Shown piece by piece: positions 28,025 to 37,099 of a DNA stretch of 64,000 nt. Position 1 is the first letter of the stretch; every line of letters starts with the position of its first letter. Origin of the DNA: Flavihumibacter sp. (GTDB lineage Bacteria > Bacteroidota > Bacteroidia > Chitinophagales > Chitinophagaceae); contig JAKFDZ010000002.1 in assembly GCA_036675925.1 (NCBI GenBank), positions 8,786 to 72,785 of the forward strand, written 5' to 3'. A program made the translations under genes and the position numbers. The notes under the pieces are model-generated. The model searched no databases. It saw only the letters and a program-made list of their open reading frames with translations, and was not told where the DNA came from.

Positions 28025-31000
28025 GTGGGCAATTTATTTCATCAACTTTTCAGGTTGGCATTCCTTATCCTGCTGGCTGCTGGTGGTGTTGTGCTGCCAT
28101 CTGAGGCTGTTGCCTGGCAACAACCCGATACCGCCCGCAAAGCAATTGCCGATACTTCCAAAAAACCTTTGGCCGATTCCGCCATCCTTCCCCTTCGCGA
28201 TACCATCCGAGGGGTCGATACCCTTAAATATCCTCTCCGCGACAGAAGAAGCGAAGACCTCTCTTCTCCCAACAGAAATCCTTTTGACCTTAAGGATCCC
28301 TCCAATATTAAACGCAGCGTTGAATATGATCCGGTAACCCGGCAGTATTATTTTGTTGAAAAGATCGGCGATAAATATTACCGCTCACCTACCTACATGA
28401 GCTTTGAGGAATATCTCCGCTTCCGCGCCCGCGAACAGGAAGAGGAATATTTCCGCGACCGTGCCGATGTGCTGAGCCAGCTTAACCGTAAACGAATCAA
28501 GCCAAAACTTACCGCCCACGAAACTTTCTTCAACAGGATCTTCGGTACCGGTAAAGTGGATATCCGTCCCCAGGGTAATGTGGATATCATCGCCGGCTAC
28601 CAGGGACAGAATATCAAAAACCCAACTCTTCCCGAACGGGCCCGCCGCAACGGGGGATTTGATTTTGATATGAATGCCAATCTTAGTGTGTTGGGTAACG
28701 TTGGTAGCAAACTTAAACTGCCCATCACCTATAATACCCTCGCCAACTTCGACTTCGAAAACCAGCTTAAACTAGATTATACCGGCGATGCCGACGAAAT
28801 CATCAAACGTATTGAAGCGGGTAATATCTCCTTCTCCACCAAGGGTTCTTTGATTCCCGGCGCTCAATCACTATTCGGTATCAAAACCCAATTGCAGTTT
28901 GGTAAACTTTTCATCACCACGGCACTGGCTAACCAGCGGGCACAACGCCAATCGATGGGACTGCTGGGCGGCGCTGCCACCACCAACTTTGAATTCCGAG
29001 CCAACGACTATGAAGAGAACAGGCACTTCCTGCTTTCACAGTTCTTCCGCAAAAATTATAATAAGGCCATGGGTAGCCTTCCCGCGGTGAATTCACTGGT
29101 GAACATTCTTCGTATAGAGGTGTGGGTTACCAACCGCACCGGCGTTACCACCGAAACCCGTGATATCGTTGCGCTGGCCGACCTTGGTGAAAGAAATCCT
29201 TATAACTTCCCCGACCCCGGCGGTGTTGATAGTCTGCCTTCCAACACGGTGAATGGCCTCTACCGCACCATCACCAGCGACCCCACCAGCAGGTTCTCGG
29301 CCCAGATAACCAATAAGCTTCAAAGTCTTGGTTTAAGACCCGTGCAGGATTTTGAAAAGACCTTTGCCCGCAAGCTCGGTCCCAATGATTATTACTATAA
29401 CCCACAGGTAGGTTTCATCTCACTCAACCAGCCCCTGCAGCCCGATGAAGTTCTCGGCGTCGCTTTCCAATACAACTATAATGGAAGGATCCTCCAGGTG
29501 GGTGAATTTTCACAGGATGTTCCGCCTGATACTACCGCCATCATCGCCGGTAACCCCAAGGTGCTATTCCTGAAATTACTGAAGGCCACTTCGCAGCGTA
29601 CCACCCTGCCGATCTGGGACCTGATGATGAAAAACGTTTATGCCCTTCGTACCCGCGAGGGTGGTTATATCTCCAGCGTGCAGCCCACCGATTTCAAGCT
29701 GAACGTCTTATATGAAGAGCCGAGCCTGGGTACCAAACGCTATATCCCCGAAGGTCCAAAAACAGGGATCCCGCTTATCACCATCCTCAATCTCGACCGG
29801 CTTAATAATAACCGCGACCCACAACCCGATGGGGTATTCGATTATATTGAAGGCTATACCATGATCTCCAACCAGGCTCGGGTGATCTTTCCCTTGCTGG
29901 AGCCTTTCGGCCGCGACCTCGACAGTATCGCCTTCCAGGGTGTAACGCAGGACATCCGCGATAAATATGTTTTCACCCCGCTCTATGATACCATTAAGGA
30001 AATTGCCAAGACTTTCGCCAACCTCGACCGCTTTATCATTAGCGGTACAGCCAAAGGACAGGCAAGTTCAGATATATCACTCGGGGCTTTCAATGTGCCG
30101 CAGGGATCGGTTCAGGTGTCGGCAGGCGGAAGAATGCTGGTGGAGGGGATTGATTTCCTTGTAGATTATAACCTCGGCTCAGTCAAGATCATCAACCAGG
30201 CCATCCTAAATTCTGGGATCCCGGTGAATGTGCAATATGAGAACAGTGCCACTTTTGGAATACAACAGCGAAACTACCTTGGTCTCCGATGGGACTATAT
30301 GGCTAAAAATACTGCCAAGGAATCATTGACCTTTGGCGGACAGATGGTGCGATTGGGAGAGAGACCCTATTTCACCAAGATGAACTATAACGAGGATCCT
30401 ATCCGAAACACCATGTATGGACTCGATTTCAGTTATCGTTCCGATTTCCCCAAACTTACCCGACTGCTCGATAAACTGCCATTCTATTCCACCAAGGAAA
30501 TGAGTAGTATCATGGCCTATGGTGAAGGCGCCATCCTGAAACCGGGTCACCCGCCACAGATCGGAAAAGGGGATGAGGGACTTATATATATTGATGACTT
30601 TGAGGGAACGAGAAATAGTATCGACCTGCGTTTTCCCCTGATCAGCTGGTCGCTGGCTTCCACGCCCCAGGGCAATGGACTCTTCCCCGAAGGCTCCTAT
30701 AATGACTCACTTCCTTATGGATACAATCGCGCCAAGCTGGCCTGGTATAATATTGAACCCAATCTGCAGGACCGTCGCGCTCCCAATAACCCGGTTGCCG
30801 GCTACCAGGATTATAAGGACCCTCGTATTCAGGCCATCCTCCAGCAGAAACTATTTCCTGCCAAAACACCCGACTACGGGCTTGCGCAGCTGATCACTTT
30901 TGATATGGCCTATTACCCAACAGAAAGAGGTCCCTATAATTTCGATGCCCGGGCAGGAAGTGTTGCGGCCAATGGCAAACTCCTGAATCCCAGCCAGCGT

Positions 31001-34000
31001 TGGGGTGGTATCATGCGCGGCCTCGACCAGGTTGACTTTGAAACCGGCAACGTTGAATTCATTGAGTTCTGGATGCAGGATCCCTTCCTGGTGCAGCCCA
31101 ATAGTACCGGCGGACAGCTTTATTTCAACCTCGGAAATATTTCGGAAGATGTTCTCCGCGATGGCCGTCGTTTCTTTGAAAATGGACTTCCCACGCCCAA
31201 TATACAGGCAGCGGTAGATTCATCATCGCGCTGGGGGAATGTTCCCAATAACCCGATACAGGTTACTACTGCTTTCAGTAATGATCCCGCCGACCGTCCC
31301 TTCCAGGATGTTGGTTTTGATGGATTGAATGATGATTCTGAAAGAAGAAAATTCAGCGCATACCTGTCGCAGTTAGCAGCAGTGGCAGGCACCGGTTCAC
31401 CGGCTTACCAATCTGCACTTACTGACCCATCGAGTGATAATTTCCGCAACTACCGCGATGCAGAATATGACCGCACCCGCGCGGATATCCTCACCCGTTA
31501 TAAGAACATCAATAACCCGCACGGTAACTCTCCCATTGCCGATAATAATTCAACCACTACAACGGCCTTCACGCTATACCCCGACCAGGAAGACCTTAAC
31601 CGCGATAACACCCTCAACGAACTGGAAGAATACTTCCAGTATAAGGTTGACCTCACGCCTGAAAGAATGACCATAGGGCAGAATTATATCACTGATATGA
31701 GAGCCTTCGATATTGATGGCGTCAATCATAAATGGTTTCTTTTTCGCATACCCGTAGCCGAGTATGAGCAGAAAGTGGGTAATATCCCCGACTTTAAATC
31801 GATCCGTTTCCTTCGTATGTTCATGACCGGTTTCCAGGATTCTGTAATCACGCGTTTTGCCAAGCTGGAACTGGTTCGTAACCAATGGCGCCGCTTCTCC
31901 TTTGAGCTCGATACAACCGGTATCTACAAGCCTTTGGCAACAAGCAATCCAACTTCATTTAATGTGCTGGCCGTGAATGTGGAAGAGAACAGCGGACGTG
32001 CACCGGTAAATTACCTGATACCTCCCGGCATTGAAAGAGTTCAGCAGCTCAGTAATAACAACGTAAATATTTTGCAGAACGAGCAGGCCATGAGTATGCA
32101 GATCTGCAACCTGGCGGGTGGTGATGGAAGAGGTGTATTCAAAACCCTTAACCTCGACCTTCGCCAGTATGGTGAACTGAAAATGTTTGCACATACCGAA
32201 AGCGTTGAAGGCTACCCTGAGATCCGCGATGGTGATCTCTCTGCCGTTATAAGGATCGGAAATGATTTTGTAGGCAACTATTATGAAGTGCGCATACCCC
32301 TGAAGGTTACTCCATTTGGAAGGTATACCGATCAGCAGAATGATATTGTTTGGCCCCTCGATAATGAATTGAGATTATCACTGCAGCGGCTGATCGATCT
32401 GAAGATAAGGCGTAATAATGTATCACAGCCAAACCTTTATTACAAGGAAACAGACGATGATGGAAAGAGCTATGCCATCTTCGGAAACCCCAACCTCGGC
32501 GAGGTAAGAGGTATGTTTGTGGGTGTTGTCAACAACACTACCGGTGATGCCTGTACGGAAGTTTGGTTCAATGAACTCCGCCTCTCTTCAATTGATGAAA
32601 AAGGCGGCTGGGCTGCCACTGGAAGGGTGGATGTTAAACTCGCCGACCTTGGTACACTTTCTCTTTCCGGTGCTGCAAGAAGTATCGGTTTCGGAAACCT
32701 CGAGATGAGGGCCAATGAAAGGGCAAGGGAAAACTTCACGCAGTTTGATGTTGCCACCAACCTCGAGTTGGGTAAACTGCTTCCTGCCAAGGCAGGCATT
32801 TCTATTCCGGTGTATGCAGGCTATTCACAAACCATTCTTACTCCGGAATATGATCCCTATGATCTCGATGTAAAACTTAAAGCAAAACTGGATGCGGCAA
32901 CTTCAGCAGAACGTGATTCTATCCGCGCTGAGTCTGTTGATATCACCACCACCAAAACGGTGAACTTCACCAATGTCCGTAAGATCAATACAAGCGGTAA
33001 AAAACAGAAGATCTACAGCATCGAAAATTTTGATGTCAGCTACTCTTATACCAAGATGGAGCGCAATAATCCGCTTATCGAATCAGAAGAACTGACAAGG
33101 CATAGGGGAGGACTCGGTTATAATTTTGTTGCCACGCCAAAGTATTGGGAGCCTTTCAAGAAAAGCATGAAGGCCACCACCAAATGGCTCGACCTGGTGA
33201 AAGATTTCAACCTTAACTATGCGCCATCCCTGTTGAGTTTCCGTGCAGATGTAAACCGTCAGTTCGGCGCCATCAGGCCTCGTAACGTTGGTGGTCCCAA
33301 AGGGATCATTCCCGAAACCTATGACAAGTACTTTACGTTCGATCGTTATTATAATCTGCGTTGGGATCTCACCAGGTCACTCAATATTGATTTTACAGCA
33401 GTGAACCGGGCAAGGGTAGACGAAGATTCGGGTCGCCTCGACCAGGCCGAGAAAAGAAGGATGTGGCGTTTGTTCTGGCAGGGGGGAAGGAATGTGATGT
33501 ATGACCAGAGCGCTAATATCACTTATACACTTCCAACCACCAAGCTGCCACTGGTAGACTGGACAACCATCCGTCTCGGATATGTGGCGCGATATAACTG
33601 GCTGGCATCATCGCTCGATCCGTTTGCCAAGAGCCTCGGAAATTTTGTTGGCAATGCACAGGAGAAAAATGTGACGGGAGAGTTTGACTTCACACGGCTC
33701 TATGCCAAGAGCAGGTTCTTAAGGGCGCTCGATTGGGATGCACCACCGCCGCCTCCAAAAGCGCCGGAACAACCCAAGGCACCTGGTGATACAACATCAA
33801 CCGGCAAAAAGGAAAGGGCGAAACGTGATCCAAACCAATTACCGCAACTGAATGGCTTTGTGAAAGTGATCGGAAGAATTATCACCTCTGTTAAAAGAGT
33901 GAGCGTGCAATATGGTGAAGTGGGAACTACGTCTATTGCCGGTTATACCGACAGCACAAAAATACTTGGAATGAATCCGGGTTCCAATGCACCGGGATGG

Positions 34001-35302
34001 GGATTTGTTTTCGGTAAACAACCCGATACTTCCTTTATCAATGATTTTGCCCGCAGGGGATTGATCACCCGCAACCCCTTGCTCAATAACCTCAACCGCC
34101 AGGATTTCAACCAGCGACTCAGCATCACTGCCCAGTTGATCCCATTGCGTGATCTCACTATTGATATCAGTCTAGATAAAACTTTCGGAAAGAATTACTC
34201 CGAGCTCTATAAGGATACCGTGGGCAATGGAAACTTCGTTCGCCTGAGTCCCTATGTTTCCGGAACCTTCAGCGTTTCCTTTATTTCTTTCCAGACCCTG
34301 TTTGGAAAGTTTGAGCCCAACGAGATCACCAATACCTTCCGGACCTTCCAGGAAAACAGGATCATTCTCTCCAAGCGCAATGCCGAAAGAAACCCTTACT
34401 GGAAAGACCTTCCGGATAACGAGAAGTTTTTGTCCGACGGCTATTATACCGGCTATAGCAGGTATGCCCAGGATGTGCTGATCCCGGCATTTATAGCGGC
34501 CTATACCAAAAAGGATCCACTGGATGTTGCGCTGATTGACCAGGAAAATGGTGACATCCGCTCCAACCCATTCAGGAAGATCATCCCGAAACCAAACTGG
34601 CGATTGACTTATACCGGACTCACCAAAATTCCGGCCCTCGAGAAGCGATTCTCCAGTGTGACCATCACCCATGCCTATAGCAGCACCCTGGGGATGAACA
34701 GCTTCAACAATAACCTGCTCTTCCAGGATCCGTTGAGTTATAATATGCCTGGCTTTATAGATACAGCCACCGGAAACTTCTTCCCGTACTTCCTGGTTCC
34801 GAATATCTCTATCCAGGAGGCTTTTGCTCCATTTATAGATATCGACCTGCAGTTCACCAACCAGCTGACCGCCCGTTTTGAATACAAGAAGAGCCGTCAG
34901 CTGAGTCTAAGCCTGGTTGATTTCCAGTTGAGTGAGGCGAGATCGGAGGAGTTTACGATTGGGGTGGGATGGCGTAAGCGCGGACTTAACCTGCCCTTCA
35001 AAGTGAAGCTACCGGGAATGAAAGAGTCCTCGAAGGAGTTGTCCAATGACCTTAACCTCCGCCTTGACCTGAGTTTACGCGATGATGCAACAGCCAATAG
35101 CAGGCTCGACCAGGAGGCTGCCCTGCCAACGGCGGGACAAAAAGTAATAACAATTTCTCCCTCAATAGATTATGTGCTTAATAACCGGATCAACCTGAGG
35201 CTCTTCTTTGACCAGCGACGTACTGAGCCCAAGGTTTCGACCTCCGCGCCAATTACCACCACCCGTGCCGGATTGCAGATTCGGGTTTCCCTTGCTCAGT
35301 AG
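28025..35302 (+). CDS. sprA: Type IX secretion system translocon SprA (Sov)
   Basis: 2425 aa; FDFENQLKLDY, YEENRHF, RWGGIMR, NVEFIEFW, DFKSIRFLRM, VWFNELR; downstream of ruvA. Confidence 0.93.
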   Translation: MGNLFHQLFRLAFLILLAAGGVVLPSEAVAWQQPDTARKAIADTSKKPLADSAILPLRDTIRGVDTLKYPLRDRRSEDLSSPNRNPFDLKDPSNIKRSVEYDPVTRQYYFVEKIGDKYYRSPTYMSFEEYLRFRAREQEEEYFRDRADVLSQLNRKRIKPKLTAHETFFNRIFGTGKVDIRPQGNVDIIAGYQGQNIKNPTLPERARRNGGFDFDMNANLSVLGNVGSKLKLPITYNTLANFDFENQLKLDYTGDADEIIKRIEAGNISFSTKGSLIPGAQSLFGIKTQLQFGKLFITTALANQRAQRQSMGLLGGAATTNFEFRANDYEENRHFLLSQFFRKNYNKAMGSLPAVNSLVNILRIEVWVTNRTGVTTETRDIVALADLGERNPYNFPDPGGVDSLPSNTVNGLYRTITSDPTSRFSAQITNKLQSLGLRPVQDFEKTFARKLGPNDYYYNPQVGFISLNQPLQPDEVLGVAFQYNYNGRILQVGEFSQDVPPDTTAIIAGNPKVLFLKLLKATSQRTTLPIWDLMMKNVYALRTREGGYISSVQPTDFKLNVLYEEPSLGTKRYIPEGPKTGIPLITILNLDRLNNNRDPQPDGVFDYIEGYTMISNQARVIFPLLEPFGRDLDSIAFQGVTQDIRDKYVFTPLYDTIKEIAKTFANLDRFIISGTAKGQASSDISLGAFNVPQGSVQVSAGGRMLVEGIDFLVDYNLGSVKIINQAILNSGIPVNVQYENSATFGIQQRNYLGLRWDYMAKNTAKESLTFGGQMVRLGERPYFTKMNYNEDPIRNTMYGLDFSYRSDFPKLTRLLDKLPFYSTKEMSSIMAYGEGAILKPGHPPQIGKGDEGLIYIDDFEGTRNSIDLRFPLISWSLASTPQGNGLFPEGSYNDSLPYGYNRAKLAWYNIEPNLQDRRAPNNPVAGYQDYKDPRIQAILQQKLFPAKTPDYGLAQLITFDMAYYPTERGPYNFDARAGSVAANGKLLNPSQRWGGIMRGLDQVDFETGNVEFIEFWMQDPFLVQPNSTGGQLYFNLGNISEDVLRDGRRFFENGLPTPNIQAAVDSSSRWGNVPNNPIQVTTAFSNDPADRPFQDVGFDGLNDDSERRKFSAYLSQLAAVAGTGSPAYQSALTDPSSDNFRNYRDAEYDRTRADILTRYKNINNPHGNSPIADNNSTTTTAFTLYPDQEDLNRDNTLNELEEYFQYKVDLTPERMTIGQNYITDMRAFDIDGVNHKWFLFRIPVAEYEQKVGNIPDFKSIRFLRMFMTGFQDSVITRFAKLELVRNQWRRFSFELDTTGIYKPLATSNPTSFNVLAVNVEENSGRAPVNYLIPPGIERVQQLSNNNVNILQNEQAMSMQICNLAGGDGRGVFKTLNLDLRQYGELKMFAHTESVEGYPEIRDGDLSAVIRIGNDFVGNYYEVRIPLKVTPFGRYTDQQNDIVWPLDNELRLSLQRLIDLKIRRNNVSQPNLYYKETDDDGKSYAIFGNPNLGEVRGMFVGVVNNTTGDACTEVWFNELRLSSIDEKGGWAATGRVDVKLADLGTLSLSGAARSIGFGNLEMRANERARENFTQFDVATNLELGKLLPAKAGISIPVYAGYSQTILTPEYDPYDLDVKLKAKLDAATSAERDSIRAESVDITTTKTVNFTNVRKINTSGKKQKIYSIENFDVSYSYTKMERNNPLIESEELTRHRGGLGYNFVATPKYWEPFKKSMKATTKWLDLVKDFNLNYAPSLLSFRADVNRQFGAIRPRNVGGPKGIIPETYDKYFTFDRYYNLRWDLTRSLNIDFTAVNRARVDEDSGRLDQAEKRRMWRLFWQGGRNVMYDQSANITYTLPTTKLPLVDWTTIRLGYVARYNWLASSLDPFAKSLGNFVGNAQEKNVTGEFDFTRLYAKSRFLRALDWDAPPPPPKAPEQPKAPGDTTSTGKKERAKRDPNQLPQLNGFVKVIGRIITSVKRVSVQYGEVGTTSIAGYTDSTKILGMNPGSNAPGWGFVFGKQPDTSFINDFARRGLITRNPLLNNLNRQDFNQRLSITAQLIPLRDLTIDISLDKTFGKNYSELYKDTVGNGNFVRLSPYVSGTFSVSFISFQTLFGKFEPNEITNTFRTFQENRIILSKRNAERNPYWKDLPDNEKFLSDGYYTGYSRYAQDVLIPAFIAAYTKKDPLDVALIDQENGDIRSNPFRKIIPKPNWRLTYTGLTKIPALEKRFSSVTITHAYSSTLGMNSFNNNLLFQDPLSYNMPGFIDTATGNFFPYFLVPNISIQEAFAPFIDIDLQFTNQLTARFEYKKSRQLSLSLVDFQLSEARSEEFTIGVGWRKRGLNLPFKVKLPGMKESSKELSNDLNLRLDLSLRDDATANSRLDQEAALPTAGQKVITISPSIDYVLNNRINLRLFFDQRRTEPKVSTSAPITTTRAGLQIRVSLAQ

Positions 35303-35437
35303 TATGAGCCAATTAGTAATAATGATTTGGTAGGGAAGTAGGCCTTGAAGCCTTCTCGGTGCCTTCTCGGTTAAGTCTAAGTGCCTTTTATGTCGGAGGA
35401 TGGCCGGAGGATCCGCGGATGATGTTGGGTTGATGAT

Positions 35438-35599
35438 CCCTACCCATCTGACGCCTGTCAGGACAGGCGTCAGATGGGTTTATTTCTTAACTCGCTTTAA
35501 ATGAGACGATTACTTTAGAAATTCAGCCGATAAATTCTAGGATTTTTGCTATTTCAGGGAACCTGTCTGACGCCTGTCCTGACACATGTCAGACGGGTA
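35438..35599. repeat. REP-like palindrome doublet, copy 2
   Basis: CCCTACCCATCTGACGCCTGTCAGGACAGGCGTCAGATGGGT identical to the copy at 6652-6693; inverted degenerate partner at 35561-35599. Confidence 0.85.
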
Positions 35600-35668
35600 A
35601 AAGGCTCATTTGATTCCAATAATTGGCTCAAAGCATGAAATAATGGGCTCATTTGTTGGGTGATTGGC

Positions 35669-36190
35669 TCATCGCTTTCCGACCACTTGCGGCTCGCCGG
35701 GAGCGCTGGTTCGCTTGAAGAGCATTACATATCCACAGAGATCCTTTTTGGTTTTGTGGACCTGCACCGGCTTGATCATGTGGAACTCAGAAGTGCCGGG
35801 AACATAAGTGAAGTTGATTATATTTCCATCTACATCGCCCCAGAGGTTCTTCCTGTAGATGACTTGTTTCTCAGTATAATCATACATCCTCACCTCGTAG
35901 AGGCGGGCACCCGGATCACCAATAAAAACAAAACTGTACCATTCCTTAGAATTCAGTGGAACGATAATAGGCATCTCAAATGCACTTTCCATCTGCATCG
36001 ATGCTTCCCTTAAAAGGCTGAAGCCATGCGACTTATAATATTCTTTGAGACTATCGATCTGGTGGGTGTAGTTATTGGTGGCACAGGAACGCTGCCGGAT
36101 AATATTATCCTCTTTCTGTGCAAGTGCCGGCGCAGCAAACAGACTTGTTGCAAGTGCCAGCACTGAAAAAAGGATATGGGATGATTTCAT
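35669..36190 (-). CDS. Hypothetical exported protein
   Basis: Signal peptide MKSSHILFSVLALATSLFAAPALA-Q. Confidence 0.7.
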   Translation of the reverse strand: MKSSHILFSVLALATSLFAAPALAQKEDNIIRQRSCATNNYTHQIDSLKEYYKSHGFSLLREASMQMESAFEMPIIVPLNSKEWYSFVFIGDPGARLYEVRMYDYTEKQVIYRKNLWGDVDGNIINFTYVPGTSEFHMIKPVQVHKTKKDLCGYVMLFKRTSAPGEPQVVGKR

Positions 36191-36287
36191 AACAATTTTA
36201 TAGTCACAAGAATTGTTCCAGTAACTGTATTCTAAACGCAAAAGGAGAAACTTTATGTTTGCCTGGTTACTATTTAAGCCGATTAAG

Positions 36288-37046
36288 TTATTTCTTAAAA
36301 GTGAGGTAAGAATTTGCCTGTGCAGTTGCCATGATCACCAGATCATTAATGCATACATGGGATGGAAGACTGGCGCAATACCAAACAGTATCGGCGATGT
36401 CCTCCGCCCTTAATGGTTCATAGCCGCTATATACGGCCGCAGCCTTTTCGGCATCGCCCTTAAAGCGGACAATAGAAAATTCTGTATCGGCAGCACCGGG
36501 ATGGATGGCGGTAACTTTAATGCCCAGCCTCAGCAGATCAATCCGCATGGCTTTGGAAATGGCATCTACCGCATGCTTGGAAGCGCAGTAAACATTTCCT
36601 TTTTCATATACTTCCTTCCCGGCAATAGATCCGATATTAATGATATGGGCATTAGCCGACTGTTTCAGATGCGGCAATACCGCACGGCTAACATAGAGCA
36701 ATCCCTTCAGGTTGGTATCGATCATGGTTTCCCAGTCATCCATATCAGCCTCATCAAAATAATCGCGGCCCAGTGCCAGTCCTGCATTGTTGATGAGTAA
36801 ATCAATCTTCGCAAATTCACCCGGGATGCTGTCCACTGCCTGCGTTACTTCATTTTTATTCCGCACATCAAAAACCAGCGGAAGGCATTTTACAGAATAG
36901 GTTTCCCTGATCTGCCGGCAGAGATAATCCAGTTTTTCCGCTCTTCTTCCCGTTACGATAAGATCATATCCACCTGCTGCAAACTTCTCTGCACAGGCCT
37001 TACCAAAGCCGGCAGTAGCGCCGGTTATCATCGCGATTTTTGACAT
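36288..37046 (-). CDS. SDR oxidoreductase (YdfG-like)
   Basis: TGATAGFG, NNAG, YCASK; start at MSKIAM. Confidence 0.9.
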   Translation of the reverse strand: MSKIAMITGATAGFGKACAEKFAAGGYDLIVTGRRAEKLDYLCRQIRETYSVKCLPLVFDVRNKNEVTQAVDSIPGEFAKIDLLINNAGLALGRDYFDEADMDDWETMIDTNLKGLLYVSRAVLPHLKQSANAHIINIGSIAGKEVYEKGNVYCASKHAVDAISKAMRIDLLRLGIKVTAIHPGAADTEFSIVRFKGDAEKAAAVYSGYEPLRAEDIADTVWYCASLPSHVCINDLVIMATAQANSYLTFKK

Positions 37047-37099
37047 ACGCAATATTAAGCAGCATTCATGATTGAACAATAAACCGGTAGAAAAGATCC

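Noticed and set aside
28042-35097. Many short ORFs nested in sprA and other long genes
   Set aside because: Antisense or alternative-frame by-products with no recognisable motifs.
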